DNA of 64,000 nt from assembly GCF_009914755.1 (NCBI RefSeq), contig NC_060934.1, one strand, 5' to 3'. This DNA is from the human T2T-CHM13v2.0 reference genome, Homo sapiens. Shown piece by piece: positions 31,494-43,694 of the stretch (positions within the stretch are counted from its first letter, which is position 1; each line of letters opens with the position of its first letter). A model generated the notes under the pieces. It searched no databases. It was not told the DNA's origin and saw only the letters and a program-made list of their open reading frames with translations. A program made the position numbers and the translations under genes.

Positions 31494-32124
31494 CTAAATG
31501 ATTCTTAAGGTTTCCATAAATTTAAACTCTGTGATGCCAGAAGAAAGGAACTTGGCCTTTTTTTTTTCTATCTTTCACCACAGGATTTCTTAAGGCATAT
31601 TTATATATAAATAAACAAGAAAATAAATTTTAGAGAGTATGAGCTAAATTTTGATGTTTTAAATGAATAAAAGGAAGTGAGAAGTAGATTGGTTTAGACT
31701 GACATGAAGAGAATAGATTTGAGGGACAAGAAAGAGAAATATTATGGATGAAACAATGTAAAGCGAGAAGAAAACTTATTCTATCTCTAGGCCATTTCAT
31801 AGTCCAGATGTTGAAAAACACAGTCATCACTTGGTTACCTCTATGTTTATTAATGTCCTTAAGGGATGGTCAGAATTCAGTTCAAACAAAAAAAAAAAAA
31901 TCAAGAAATCCAGAGACGACACATAAAAGCCTCGAATAATAGAGAAACAGATCTTATTCCTAAATTAAAGGAAAAATATTAATGTAAAAATCATGGGAAA
32001 TTGTAAATCTCAACTCAAGGGGATTGTTTTGAAATCTGATAAATAAAGTATCAACTGCATGTAGACCATAAATATAAGAGAATTGACAAAATTCTTGAAA
32101 AAGGGTTGAATCACAACTTGAATT

Positions 32125-32260
32125 ATATATTACTATCCTTACTTTATAGATGTAGAAAGTTTGATTTAGAGATGTTAAGCTGCCAAATGTAATATGCTTA
32201 GGAAATGACAAAATAAATAGGAAGTTATATCTATAAAATTCTAAAATCTATGCTCTTTTA
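32125..32260 (-). mobile_element. MIR fragment
   Basis: tatccttactttatagatgtagaaagtttgatttagagatgttaagctgcc. Confidence 0.6.
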
Positions 32261-32967
32261 ACTATGTCATAGCTTCTTCTGATGACATCTAATGAGATTT
32301 AATAATATACAGAAATTTTCTTTCTTGGAAGCTTGGATTAACTGGCATAGGTAAACACAGCAGTGTAAAATTAAGGATGCTCTTCTTGGAAAATAAAATG
32401 CATGTTACTTATTTTCAAGTATACAAAGTATAAGGAATAAAATATGTAGAGCTTCTTTTCTTATGTGACAGCTGTTGACTGTCTAGCTAGTGAACAGGTG
32501 GGGTGCAGGGTAATCTCTTTGTGAAGCAGATCTTTGTGAAGGTATCCTCTGCATTTAAAAGAAGGGAGGAGTGGTGGTTTTAGGATTGACTCAGAGTCGC
32601 AATATAAAGTAATCGCCAAAAGTACAGAATTAAAAGGGCTCGGAAGACAAAGACAAAGCTTTTACAAATTTAAGAAATAGTTAGAGGTATGAAATTGTGA
32701 GGTGTGTGGTTAAAATATTTTGTGAGAGTATGAAATTTATTAACAAACAATCTAAAGGAAAAATAGCATGTTGATGATTTGCTTTTAAGGGAAAAGTTTA
32801 GGCATAGTGAAAGTTTTGGAAGAAGTTACTATATGTTGATGAAACAACAGCTTTTTTATTTTTTATTTTTATTTATTTTAGCTTCTTTCACTTTAATTAT
32901 TTTGAAATTCATCCATGTTATTATATATATATATAAAATATGATATATATATATAATATGTTGTATA

Positions 32968-35382
32968 TATACTTTCAGTTCTGGGATACAGGTGCAGAAT
33001 GTGCAGGTTGGTTACATAGATATACATGTGCCATGATGGTTTGCTGCAGCCATCAACTCGTCACCTACATTAGGTATTTCTCCTAATGCTATCCCTCCCC
33101 TTGCTCTCCAACCCCTGACAGGCCCTGATGTGTGATGTTCCCATCCCTGTACCCATATGTTCTCATTGTTCAACTCCCACTTATGAGTGAGAAATGCGGT
33201 GTTTGGTGTTCTGTTTCTGTGTTAGTATACTGAGAATGATTGTTTCCAGATTTATCCATGTCCCTGCAAAGGACACGAACTCATTCTTTTTTTCTGGCTG
33301 CATAGTATTCCATGGTGTATATGTGCCACATTTTCTTTATCCAGTCTATCATTGGTGGGCATTTGGGTTGATTCCAAGTCTTTACTATTGTTAACAGTGC
33401 TGCAATAAACATACGTGTCCATGTGTCTTTATAGCAGAATGATTTACATTCCTTTGAGTATATACCCAGTAATAGGATTGCTGAGTCAAATGGTACTTCT
33501 GATTCTAGATCCTTGAGGAATCACCACACTGTCTTTGACAATGGTTGAACTAATTTACACTCCCACCAACAGTGTAAAAGCATTCCCATTTCTCCACATC
33601 CTCTGTTGTTTCCTGACTTTTTAATGACTGCCATTCTAACTGGCATGAGATGGTATCTCACTGTGGTTTTGATTTGCACTTCTCTAATGACAAGTGATGA
33701 TGAGCTTTTTTTCAGGTTTCTTGGCCGCATAAATGTCTTCTTTTGAAAAGTGTCCATATATTTCACCCACTTTTTGATGAGGTTGTTTTTTTCTTGTAAA
33801 TTTGTTTAAGTTCCTTGTAGATTCTGAATATTAGCCCTTTGTCAGATGGATATATTGCAAAAATCTTCTCCCATTCTGTAGTTTGCCTGTTCACTCCGAT
33901 GATAGTTTCTTTTTCTGTGCAGAAGCTCTTTAGTTTAATTAGATCCCATTTGTCAATTTTGGCTTTTGTTTTTATTGCTTTTGGTGTTTTAGTCATGAAG
34001 TCTTTGCCCGTGCCTGTGTCCTGAATGCTATTGCCTAGTTTTTCTTCTAAAGCTTTTATGGTTTTAGGTCTTACATTTAAGTCTTTAAGCCATCTTGAGT
34101 TAATTTTTGTATAAGGTGTAAGGAAGGGGTCCAGTTTCAGTTTTCTGCATATGGCTAGCCAGTTTTCCCAACACCATGTATTGAAAAGGGAATCCTTTCC
34201 CCTTTGCTTGTTTTTGTCAGTTTTGTCAAATATCAGATGGTTGCAGATTTGTGGTGTTAGTTCTGAGGCCTCTGTTTTGTTCCATCATTCTATATATTTG
34301 TTTTGGTACCACTACCATGCTGTTTTGGTTACTGTAGCCTTGTAGTATAGTTTGAAGTCAGGTAGAGTAATGCCTCCTGCTTTGTTCTTTTTGCTTACTA
34401 TTGTCTTGGCTATACAAACTCTTTTTTGGTTCCATATGAAATTTAAAGTAGTTTTTTCTAATTCTGTGAAGAAAGACAATGGTAGCCTGATTGTAATAGC
34501 ATTGAATCTAAATTACTTTGGGCAGTATGGCCATTTTTACAATATTGTTTCTTCCTATCCATGAGGATGGAATGTTTTTCCATTTGTTTGTGTTCTCTCT
34601 TATTTCCTTGAGCAGTGGTTTGTAGTTCTCCTTGAAGAGGTCCTTCACATCCCTTTTAAGTTGTATTCCTAGGTATTTTATTCTCTTTGTAGCAATTGTG
34701 AATGGGAGTTCACTCATGATTTGGCTCTCTGTTTGTCTATTATTGGTGTGTAGGAATGCTTGTGATTTTTGGACATTGATTTTGTATCCTGAGACTTTGT
34801 TGAAGGTTCTTATCAGTTCAAGAAGTTTTGGTGATGAGATGATGGGGTTTGTAGTTCTCCTTGAAGAGGTCCTTCACATCCCTTGTAAGTTGTATTCCTA
34901 GGTATTTTATTCTCTTCGTAGCAATTGTGAATGGGAGTTCACTCATGATTTGGCTCTCTGTTTGTCTATTATTGGTGTATAGGAATGCTTGTGACTTTTG
35001 CACATTGCTTTTGTATCCTGAGACTTTGCTGAAGGTGCTTATCAGTTCAAGAAGTCTTGGTGATGAGTTGATGGGGTTTTCTAAATATACAATCATGTCA
35101 CCTGCAAACAGAGACAATATGACTTCCTCTCTTCCTATTTGAATAACCTTAATTTCTTTCTCTTGCCTGATTGCCCTGGCCAAAACTTCCAATACTATGT
35201 TGAATAGGAGTGGTGAGAGAGGGCATCCTTGTCTTTTGCCAGTTTTCTAAGGGAATGCTTCCAACTTTTGCCTTCAGTATGCTATTGGCTGTGGGTTTGT
35301 CATAAATAGCTCTTATTATTTAAGGTATGTCCCATCAATACCTAGCTTATTGAGTGTTTTAGTGTGACGGAGTTTTGAATTT
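32968..35382 (-). mobile_element. 5'-truncated L1PA7-type element with internal 229-bp tandem duplication
   Basis: 3' UTR ttctgggatacaggtgcagaatgtgcagg...tacattaggtatttctcctaatgc; ORF2 remnants [35 protein letters not shown] present twice. Confidence 0.93.
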
Positions 35383-36146
35383 CTTTATCAGAAACTGATG
35401 ACTCTGATAACCGGTAGCCAAGAGTTTTCTGTGACATTAAAAACCATAGGAAAACACTGATGCAATTAGAGACCAAGGCATTGAATTCCTGTACAGTGAA
35501 GTCTGGAAGGGAGCAATTTGTCCCGTCATAAGACCATTGAATTTTGTGGATTACAATGAAAGCCTGTGTGTGCATGAAACCAGAGAGAATTCCTTTATGT
35601 TTACTGATGATATATATTTATGCGATATCCATAGAAATAACGAACACCATTAAGGAGAGATGAAAATATGAACGGAAACTGGTAAGCAGGAATCAAGATA
35701 AAAATAATAGCAATATAATTACATGTCTTGTAATAAAATTTTATTGTATTATGCTAGCCTTAAATTTCTGCCATGTGACCAGTTCCTAAAAAAATGCCTG
35801 GCATATAATAAGTAAAAAAAATTCAACAAATGTATATTGAGTGAATGACTTGTGTCCTATCAAGGGAAAAACTAAAGTGAATAAGTGAAGAGTATTACTG
35901 ATACAAATGTAAAATATTTGTAATATTATCTATGTATCACCAAGATCATGAAAGAGTTTCTGTATATAAGGTAGACATTTGTAGAGTAAATCATATTCAG
36001 GAACAATGTTTATTTCTCACGAAATACAACCGTTTAACTAGTTTTTCAGACTCCAACCGTACTCCTTGCAGTCCATTTTCTATAAATTGGTTACTTTCCA
36101 ACATGTAGAATAGTCTTTCTAACACATAACATTCACCTTACTCTTT

Positions 36147-36753
36147 TTTTTTAATTTATTTTTTTTTATTATACTTTAAGTTTTAGGGTACATGTGCACA
36201 TTGTGCAGGTTAGTTACATACGTATACATGTGCCATGCTGGTGTGCTGCACCCACTAACTCATCATCTAGCATTAGGTATATCTCCCAATGCTATCCCTC
36301 CCCCCTCCCCAAACCCCACAATAGTCCCCAGAGTGTGATGTTCCCCTTCCTGTGTCCACGTGATCTCATTGTTCAATTCCCACCTATGAGTGAGAATATG
36401 CGGTGTTTGGTTTTTTGTTCTTGCGATAGTTTACTGTAAACTAGTTCAACCATTGTGGAAGTCAGTGTGGCGATTCCTCAGGGATCTAGAACTAGAAATA
36501 CCATTTGACCCAGCCATCCCATTACTAGGTATATACCCAAAGGACTATAAATCATGCTGCTATAAAGACACATGCACACGTGTGTTTATTGCAGCATTAT
36601 TCACGATAGCAAAGACTTGGAACCAACCCAAATGTCCAACAATGATAGACTGGATTAAGAAAATGTGGCACATATACACCATGGAATACTATGCAGCCAT
36701 AAAAAATGATGAGTTCATGTCCTTTGTAGGGACATGGATGAAATTGGAAATCA
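36147..36753 (-). mobile_element. Young L1PA2/PA3-type 3' end with 5' inversion (twin priming)
   Basis: Poly(T) and reverse 3' UTR to 36436, then forward-strand L1 36433-36753; perfect 14-bp TSD tcaccttactcttt at 36133-36146 and 36751-36764; GAG rather than Ta ACA diagnostic. Confidence 0.96.
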
Positions 36754-36799
36754 CCTTACTCTTTGCTTCTTAAAATCAACTCATTTTCTGCCCCCACTT

Positions 36800-37515
36800 C
36801 CCAGTTGGCCTCAGAGTAATATCCAGACTATGTGGCTTGTCACAAGATAGTTTTGATTTTGTTCTGCTTTCATCTCTCACCTTAATTATAATCCTGGAGG
36901 CTGGAAAAAGACAGATTACTTGCAGTCAACTACTACAAGTTCCTTAATCCCTCCAAGCACATTATTTTCTCTGTGCACACTTTTTCTGTCTCCTCTAACT
37001 GCCTAGTTCTTTTATCACCTTTGAGACTTTGCTCACACTGTTGGATTCCTTTCACAGAGTCACTAAACTAAGCTTGGTTTAATGGCCTAGATCTGTCCTT
37101 CCAAAGGACCCTAAGTTTACCTCTGTAACAGCTGTTGGTCCAACAGTAGCTGGATCCCCATGTAGCTCAGCCCTTGCTCAACATCTCATTTATGGAAACA
37201 AACTCCAGCAATTTTATTAAGGTTTCAGCTCAAAAATCACCTAACCACAGAACCTTTATCAGATTACCCCACATGAAAGACAACTCCTTCCCTCTCTCAT
37301 TATTTCTTTACTCTGTTTTACTTCCATGTAACACTCATACAATCTACAATGTTATTTAATTATCTATTTATTTTTAAATTGCTTTTTGATATTTTGTAAA
37401 CACAAGGAGAGTGAGGTCCTTGCCTCTTTCATTACTACTGTATACTCCTTAACCTGAAAGGTGCCAACTGTAAAGCATGCACTTGGTCAATAGTTGATGA
37501 ACAAATCAATAAAAT
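36800..37515 (+). mobile_element. L2 3' region
   Basis: taaggtttcagctcaaaaatcacc, caaggagagtgaggtccttgcctc...gtcaatagttgatgaacaaatcaat resembles the L2 tail. Confidence 0.6.
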
Positions 37516-38179
37516 TGTAAGTAGACTTTTGTGAATATCTAGGAACATAAATTGGTTCCAATTTATAACTCAGAGGAAATAGTTTGTAAGAGTCCCTTTC
37601 CTCTAGATAGCATCTCAGTGCTGCTGCTCTCCAGCTCTCATTATACTAGACTCCTGCTCCTCTCCCTCTATCAACTCTTTCAATATCCAGTAGTCATGAC
37701 CCTTGCCATTTGGTCTCACCTTATTTCTTCCTGTAAACAATTTTCTCTATATTTATTCTCCTTTCTTACATACATTACATCTAGCGAAGAGATAGGAAAA
37801 AAGATAAATTTTCTTAAAAGGAAGGACAGGTAGCAGTGTGGAAAAAACAGAGGGTTAAAACAACAGCAACAAAAACAATAAAATACAAGCTCCCAAAAGC
37901 ATGAAGAGTGGTGGAAGGAATAATGAAGATATCCGTGGCCATAAATATGACACTAACATAGTTTAATGCAATTGTTGCTTTACCAGTCTTTGCTGTATAT
38001 TCTAACCAGAAACTGAGTCATGGTTGCATGTCTAGCTTCTATGCACTATTATAAGTTGTAAACTAAAGTGTCATTAGGTAAAATTCAATTGTCTCTGATA
38101 GGACAAACCCTCAAAACAGGCTAGCAGGATTTCCACAGATTAAGTTTCACCAAGGATGAGTGTGCAATATAAAGTAAAG

Positions 38180-39020
38180 TAATAAATAACAAGTTGTAAA
38201 ACACCAAAGCAAACCAAACCAAAAAATACCAAATAGCAAGAAATAGCAAAATCAAGAAACAAAAGATTTAAGTAAACAAGAATTTTAGATAGCCCAGGCA
38301 ATGAAATTACTGGATATAGAATATAAAATATGTACTTTAAATTAAAGATGGTTGAAAGAAATAATTGTTTCAAAAATAGTAAGTAATAAAATATTAAAAT
38401 GAAGAAAATAGAAGATTAGATAATAAACAGGTGTAAGTGTGAAAAATACAATCAATGAAGTGTTAACTGCCAGACTAAATGCAGATAAATAGGAATTTAC
38501 TAAAAAAAAAAAAAGAGTTAACAAAAAAACTTAGAGTCTAGGGCAAATTTTAAAAGAGAAAAATAAAAGGGAAATAAATAGATGTGGAAGACAGAATGAG
38601 AATGTCTAATGTAACTGAAGTTCCAAAAAATGAAAAAGAAAAGAAAATAGACAGAATAAATAAAGACATTGGCTTGGCATCCTCCAGAACATTGAAATAC
38701 ATGTTCAGTGTTTTAAATATATGAGGCATAAATTAAAAATTTTCATGCTTAGCACAACTTCAGACACATAAGAGAAAAATATTTTCAAAGAAGTAGCCAA
38801 AATGAAAGACAAATTATTTACAAAGAAATAACATATAGATGAATTGCAGACTGGTAAGCAGAAAAATTTATAAAAGAGGGACATAAAGGTAAATAAATAT
38901 TTATAAATATTCATTATAAAACAATGTTGCAATATGTCATTGAAGACAGTTAAATAAAACAAAAACATGTAATAATACTGAATATTGGCAATACTGAGCA
39001 CTTTGGGCTCTATATGTACT
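38180..39020 (+). mobile_element. Ancient L1M ORF1-region fragment
   Basis: agatgtggaagacagaatgagaatgtctaat...gaagttcca; A-rich sense strand. Confidence 0.65.
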
Positions 39021-39035
39021 AACATCACCATATTT

Positions 39036-39295
39036 ATATATATTTTTTCAGATTTTAAAGTTCAGGGGTATGTGTGCAAGGTATGCAGGTTTGTTGCATA
39101 GTTAAACGTGTGCTGTGGTGGTTTACTGCACAGATCATCCCATCACCTAGGTATTAAGCTCAGCATCCATTAGCTATTCTTCTTGGTGTTCTCCCTTCCC
39201 ACACCCCCTCCACAGGTGCTTAGTATGTGTTGTTTCCCCCCATGTGTCCATGTGTTCTCATCATTCAGCTCCCACTTATAAGAGACAACATGCAG
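39036..39295 (-). mobile_element. Short L1PA8A/PA10-type 3' end
   Basis: cagatcatcccatcacctaggtattaagc; TSD atcaccatattt at 39024-39035 and 39296-39307. Confidence 0.9.
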
Positions 39296-39584
39296 ATCAC
39301 CATATTTTTAATGAGAAAAATTCAACCCTTATGATTAAGTTTAGATTTTATTAATTGTGCAGATCCATGTTCTGTAGGGAAACACAACATAATATAAACA
39401 CAATGTTTTACACTTAAAATGATGGAGAATAAAACATCAAGCATTCCAATAATCAGTGATAATTCTTCTAAATATAGACATACAGTTTATATAGAAAGTG
39501 CAAAATAATACGGAACTAATCAAGATAAATATCATTGCATTGTATTTGATCTTTAAAAGACACAGATTTACTTTTTGGGCCAAA

Positions 39585-41180
39585 AAGAAGTGGAAAATAT
39601 TTGCCAACTATTCACCCAGCAGGGGACTTGCTTCCAGAATATACATGGCACTCATAGAAAAAAATGTCATTAAAAATTGGGCAAAGGACATGAATAGACA
39701 TTTCTCAAGGTGGGGAATATAAAGACAACATCACTAATCATCAGAGAAATGGAAATAAAATTTCAGTGAGATATCATCTTACCTCAGTCAGAATGGCATT
39801 ATTAAAAAGATTAAATAACAGATGCTGGTGAAGATTTGGAGAAAAGGGATCACTTACACACTGTCGTGGGGATGTAAACTAGTAATGAGAGAGGAGGCAG
39901 TTGGGGGCTGGTTAGGCAGATAGAGAGGGAGAGTCTTGGGAGCAGGACAGAGACGGGCAATGTTCACAGGAACAACCACAGTACAGCACCTATACTGCCT
40001 CTGCAGATAATGGGAAGAATTGTGGTTAAGAACTTCCCCTTGTGCCAGGATGTTGCTCAGAAGGGACTGTCCCAACTTAGGCATGGACACTATAAATTAA
40101 GCTAAATATACTTAACTTGACCCAGCTCATTATAAAGTCATTAACATGACATTAGCATTGTGGTTATAGCCCCCACCCGCCACTCCACAACTATGGGTTT
40201 CATTTAGGCACTCATGAGTAATAACCAAGATGGAGTCACTCTGGCCAACCCTAGGCATGCACAGATACAACACCCCTAAGAGGGAACGTTACCCCTCCCA
40301 TTTGAGCAAAGACTTCCTGGTCTTCACAGAAGACTTCCTGTTTTTTGCCACATAAAATTTCCAGAATTCAGCCCGTTTTTGGCAGCCTGCTTTCGGCACC
40401 CCTCCTAATAAATTCTACTCTACTGACTCTCTGGTGTCCTCATGCCTAATTCTTTGTGGCCATAGGACAAGAATGCAGACCTAGCTGAACTAGGGACTAA
40501 GCAGACTGAAACAGTAAAGCCACTGTGGAAAACAATATGGAGATTTCTCAGAAAACTATAAATAGATTTACCATTTGATCCAGCAATCTCAATAGCAGGT
40601 ATATATCCAAAGGAAAGAAAAATCTGTATATCCAAATGGTACTTGCACTTGCATGTTTATTGTGGCACTATTCACAAAGCAAAGACATGGAATCAACCTA
40701 AATGTTCATCAATGGATGAATGGATAATGGATATATACACACAATGGAATACTATTCACCATAAAGAAAGAATGAAATCTTGTCATTTACAGCAACATGG
40801 ATAGAACTGAGGTCATTATCTTAAGTGAAATAAACCAATCACAAAAAGACATATAATGCATGATCTCTCTTACAGGTGGGAGCTAAAAGTGTGAACACAT
40901 GGAAGTAGAGAATGATGAAAAAATAGATAACAGAGACTACAAAGGGTGATTAGGTGTAAGTGGAGGCAGGGTGAAGAGAAGTAGATTAAAGAATACAAAT
41001 GTATAGTAAGGTAGAAGTACTAACTCAATGTTTGATAGCAAAGTAGAATCACTATACTTAAAAAAAATTATTGTATTCAAGTGATGGACACCCTACATAT
41101 TCTGACTTGATCACTGTGCATTTTATATATATGTAAAAAATTTCTCATGTAACCCATAAATTTGCACAAATTAAAAAATA
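39585..41180 (+). mobile_element. L1MA-type 3' end (L1MA1-like), split by a solo LTR
   Basis: gtggaaaatatttgccaactattcacc...gtaaactagtaa|agccactgtgg...gtgatggacaccctacatattctgacttgatcac. Confidence 0.88.
39886..40513 (+). mobile_element. Solo ERV1 LTR (MER61/LTR9-like; family name uncertain)
   Basis: tg...ca termini, 4-bp TSD gtaa (39882-39885, 40514-40517), start tgagagaggaggcag...ggttaggcagatag, aataaa ~40407. Confidence 0.88.
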
Positions 41181-41199
41181 CACAGAATAAAAATTAGAA

Positions 41200-43100
41200 T
41201 TGCAAGGAGATGTCAATAAACTACATGTACAAATTCATACTTTCAGCACTTCTTATTAAATGATAGACACAGCAAGTAAAAATACTAATACAAATATAGA
41301 AGGTGTTAAAACCACAATAGTTTTAATGTGATGAAGTACAGAAGATTTTGTATCTACAATGAGAGAGTCCATGTTTTTTAATATACATAAAACATTTATG
41401 AAAATGGCAAACATTTTAAGCTAGAAAGATAATATCAAACATGTCAAAGAGTTGGTATCATGTTCTCTTATGAAAATTAAGAAAGAAATCAATAAAAACT
41501 TTAAATAAGCTTAGAAATTTTAAAAGGTTCATCCAAATAAGCATAGTTATAAGAAAACACCATAAGGAAAATGTTTATATATAAAAATAAATGATAAATA
41601 TAGTAAAAATTATGGAAAATATATAAAGCAGTACTCAGCAAAATTTGTAAATTTAAATACTTGTATTCAAATAAATTAAAACCAACAACTAATAAGGAAA
41701 GGTCCCATCTCAAAATTAAAAGGAAGAAATGCTAAACGAAGTCCAAAAGAATAGAATAAAGGAAGTAATAAAAACAATGTAAGTAATTTTAAAACAGAAA
41801 ACAAATATGCAATTAAAAGCCCCAATAATGCTAAAAGTACTTCAGTGAAAGTTGTAAAAAATGGACAAACCTCTGTCAAAACAAATTGTAAAACACATAA
41901 ACAGTCTCCAAGTATTTGTATGAAGCTAGAATAAACTTCATGTCAACATTTTATTTAAAATGTTTTTCAAAATCTATTAGAATGATGAAATGATTGTTCT
42001 TTTTTAAATCCTTGGCATGCATGTTAAATTACATTATTTTTAAATTTTAACTCAAATTTGTAGTCTTGAAATAAAGTCAAATTGATCGTAATGCATTACG
42101 TTTTTTATACATCCTGAATTCAATTTGTCAATCATTGCATTGGGACTTTTCATCTATTTTTGTAAGTGAGATTGGCTTATAATTTTGTTTCTTGTTTGTC
42201 CTAAATATTAAAGAACATGTGCAGGTTTGAATAGAAGAATGGCTTTCATAAATGTTGTTGCATAAATAAATAAATAGAAGCCAACCTTGCACTATGCATG
42301 AAATTCAATTCCAAGCTTATGAATACTTAAATGCTAACTGGAGTAACTATAATACTGTTCAAAAATATATACAGTAATATCTTTATGATCTTGGTGACAG
42401 GAAAATACTTCTTAGCTCACAGTCAAATAATAAAGGAAAAGACTGATAAATTCTACTTCATTAAAATAAAGAATTTCTATTTATTTCTTTTTAAATCATG
42501 ATAAATATAATTGGAAGTTAAGGGACAGACTTGAAAAAAATTTGCAAAATATTAAACAGATTACTACCTCATCATTTTAGGGACACTTTAAAGTCAATAG
42601 AGAAAAGTAACCTACCCATTCCAAAAATGCACAAAGAAACAGGGATTCCACCCATGAATATGTATAAGATTATTGTTTGTAATAGCAAGACACAAAACAA
42701 AACCAAAATGTGGAAACCACCCTAATATCCATTAAGACTAAAATGAGTTTAAAAATTGTGCAATACAAAATGTAATGAAGAATAATATACCATAGTTACA
42801 CACATTAATATATTTATATCTAAAAAATGATATTGAGAAAAAGAAGCAAACCACAGAAGAATATGTACACTATAATTCATATAAACATTACAGAAAAGGC
42901 AAAACCAATCAATGTACTTTTGGGTGTTATAAATTTCTATGGAAATCAGGTACTTAATTAACTTTAAACAGCAGTTAGCTGTGGCAGGAATAAAGGAGGA
43001 TAAAGTTGGATAAGTTTATATTATAATGTTTTCTTTAATGATCTAAGTAAAAGATACATATATCTATCTAAAAGACAAGTATATATTATGTTATGTTTTG
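41200..43100 (+). mobile_element. Ancient L1ME-type ORF2/3' fragments (internal segment inverted)
   Basis: Degenerate EN/RT/3' UTR text; 41955-42200 is on the opposite strand. Confidence 0.65.
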
Positions 43101-43694
43101 TATTAAATTAAATACTGTACTACTATCTAAAATACAGTGCTTAAATGTTATTTATATTCCATAACCCATATTAAAAAGTAAGTTTTATGTAGATAGCTAC
43201 TTTTAGGTTTTCTTCACTGCTGTGTTTCAAACACCTAAGTGGAGCCTAGTGCAGCAAATCTAGGCCAAATGAATGAACAAAAGATAAGCAGAGTGAATGG
43301 AGAAGTGCCTTTGTTAGATAAAATCCAACATTTTTCATAAAATTTAATCATACATTATTTAAGCAGTTTTTGATATTCACTTGAAATTGAAAAATTAAAG
43401 ACATCGACAAGAGGCTAACCAATTTGTCACAGAATACTCTCGAAAGGCTCAGAAATTTGAGGCATAGTAAAAGACACCATAAAAGATGTGGGACATACAT
43501 GGAACAGAAAATGAAAGAATTGTGTAAAACTATGAAGAACTTTGGCTATTAGACTCCTAGATCCTTACTGCTGATATGTATACAATCATGTGTCTTCCTC
43601 TCCCCAATCTCTGTAGGGAACAGATGGTTATTTTTCTATAGAGAAAGAAGACCAAAGTAGTTCTGCAATTAGTGGCAATAATCACAGTGGAAAG

